This document shows, piece after piece, positions 62,690-64,000 of a stretch of 64,000 nt of DNA. The stretch lies in the NCBI RefSeq assembly GCF_018977255.1, contig NW_024704761.1:186001-250000 (forward strand), written 5' to 3'. Numbering within the stretch: position 1 is the stretch's first letter; every line of letters starts with the position of its first letter. Below the pieces are notes generated by a model, which made no database searches, had not been told where the DNA came from, and was given only the letters and a program-made list of their open reading frames with translations. Source of the stretch: Callorhinchus milii (taxonomy: Eukaryota). Position numbers and translations under genes: made by a program.

Positions 62690-63520
62690 ATATGCACCGT
62701 ACAGAGGGTTTGGAATATGAAAGACTTAAAATACTGCAGCATTTCAGTTTATTTTGTCATTTCTCTGTTCGTGAGCGAGGCACGGACAATGCTGTGCTGT
62801 TTGAGAGCCTGTGTACAGTACATCAGACAGTGGTAACCTGAGTGGGCAATTTAAAGAGAGGGTTTTATACAGTTTCTCTATTGGTAAGGGAGCTGACAAC
62901 AATGCGCGTTATATAAAGAGGGTGTAGAATATTAGTGTTAGACTGAGGGGGCGAGATAGAGAGATGATACTTAATATGGTTTGCCTCCATCAGTGAGCGG
63001 AAGTTGTGATTGATGTCTGCTCTATGAAAGCCCAGGTACTTTAAAGAATGCTCAAGTGAGGAGGTGAGATAAACCAGAGCTGTGTGGGCTTTGTATTGTT
63101 TCTCTATTAGTGAGGGAGCCATTAACTAATGTACCCAGTGTAAAGTGTCTGAGGTTGTAGGATCTTGGGAATGTGAGTGAGCTGGTACTTTCCACTGATA
63201 CATCTCTCCCAAGACCATCATGTTTCCCTGGTTTATTTCTGAGAACAATGACTACTGGGGCTGTGCAGATATGTTGCTGATAACTTATTATTTATTTTTG
63301 TACGGTCATAAAACAAATAATTGGCCAACGTTGGAGAAAAGCATGGAAACAATTTCCGCAGGTGTAATGCATCACTTCTCATGACCCCTGTATTGTGAGA
63401 TTTGCTTCTAAAATACAGCAAATACACTTTGTTATCTCAAGACTAAAAATGGGTACTTATTCTCTCCTGATTCAGGAGAACTTCTGACGCTTTATTCCTG
63501 GAACACCATCTAGATTGAAA

Positions 63521-63600
63521 TGTGGAGTCCTGTAGCTAAGGAGTTAGAGCACTTGCCTCGCAAACCTGATATAGGCACCATATCAAATGCAAAGATTATA
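63521..63600 (+). mobile_element. Head-to-tail fused mini-SINE
   Basis: tgtggagtcctgtagctaaggagttagagcacttgcctcgcaa joined to tgatataggcaccatatcaaatgcaaagattat. Confidence 0.8.
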
Positions 63601-63764
63601 AACAGACAGTAGTGGTGATGGTGGTGGGGGGATGAGGGGAAGGTTGCCTCGGGGGACTGTGTTAAATCTTCCCCCCACCCCTCGCATTCCTTCCTTGGAT
63701 TAGTTACCTGAATTTGCAGTCTCTGTGCAAGGAACAATACTTCACATTGCAGATTACATAAATT

Positions 63765-63962
63765 TTGAGTGTGTGTATGAGCATGTGTGAGTATATGCGC
63801 ACACATGTGTGTGAGTTTGTGTGAGTGTATGCGTGCGTGCGTGAGTTTGTGTGAGTGTGCACGTGCGTGCGTGAGTTTGTGTGAGTGTGTGTGTGCGAGC
63901 GTGTGTGTGAATGAGTGTGAGCATGCGCGTGTGTGCGCGTGAGAGCGTGCGTGTGAGCGTGC
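63765..63962. repeat. (GT)n/(GC)n compound microsatellite
   Basis: gtgagtttgtgtgagtgtgcgtgcgtgc iterations. Confidence 0.93.
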
Positions 63963-64000
63963 CGATCAATACAGCTGTAGCGCACAGTTATGCAAGTAGG

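Noticed and set aside
938-63600. Recurring roughly 100-bp motif that could suggest a CRISPR-like or regularly spaced array
   Set aside because: Irregular spacing, both orientations, divergent copies and 5' truncation mark them as dispersed SINE tails in a eukaryote.
52764-64000. Further shisa6 exons (EKPRMNN...YDLSFSRS, C-terminal EVTV)
   Set aside because: Not found on manual reading, probably downstream of the window.

Overview
This is vertebrate genomic DNA, not microbial. The repeat content points to a cartilaginous fish, most likely a chimaera/elephant shark (inference). The window holds the first three coding exons of one + strand gene, a SHISA6 (CKAMP52)-like AMPA-receptor auxiliary protein: exon 1 CDS 30239-30804, exon 2 41758-41915, and a 111-bp symmetric exon 3 at 52653-52763 that the ORF track misses. 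The remaining exons, including the C-terminal PDZ motif, were not found and probably lie beyond the window. About 29 kb upstream contains no recognisable gene. Both flanks and introns are dense with retroelements: CORE-type tRNA-SINEs and Deu-domain SINEs sharing an L2-type 3' tail, L2 and CR1 LINE fragments, a third old SINE-like family, and Penelope-like termini carrying minimal hammerhead-ribozyme motifs. There is a 187-N assembly gap in the promoter region. Almost all ORFs in the supplied track are spurious. I see no evidence for a wholly new multi-gene system. The best leads concern splicing regulation, candidate enhancers and retroelement biology. Repeat boundaries are approximate, and family names and orthologue comparisons come from memory of consensus sequences, not from database searches.
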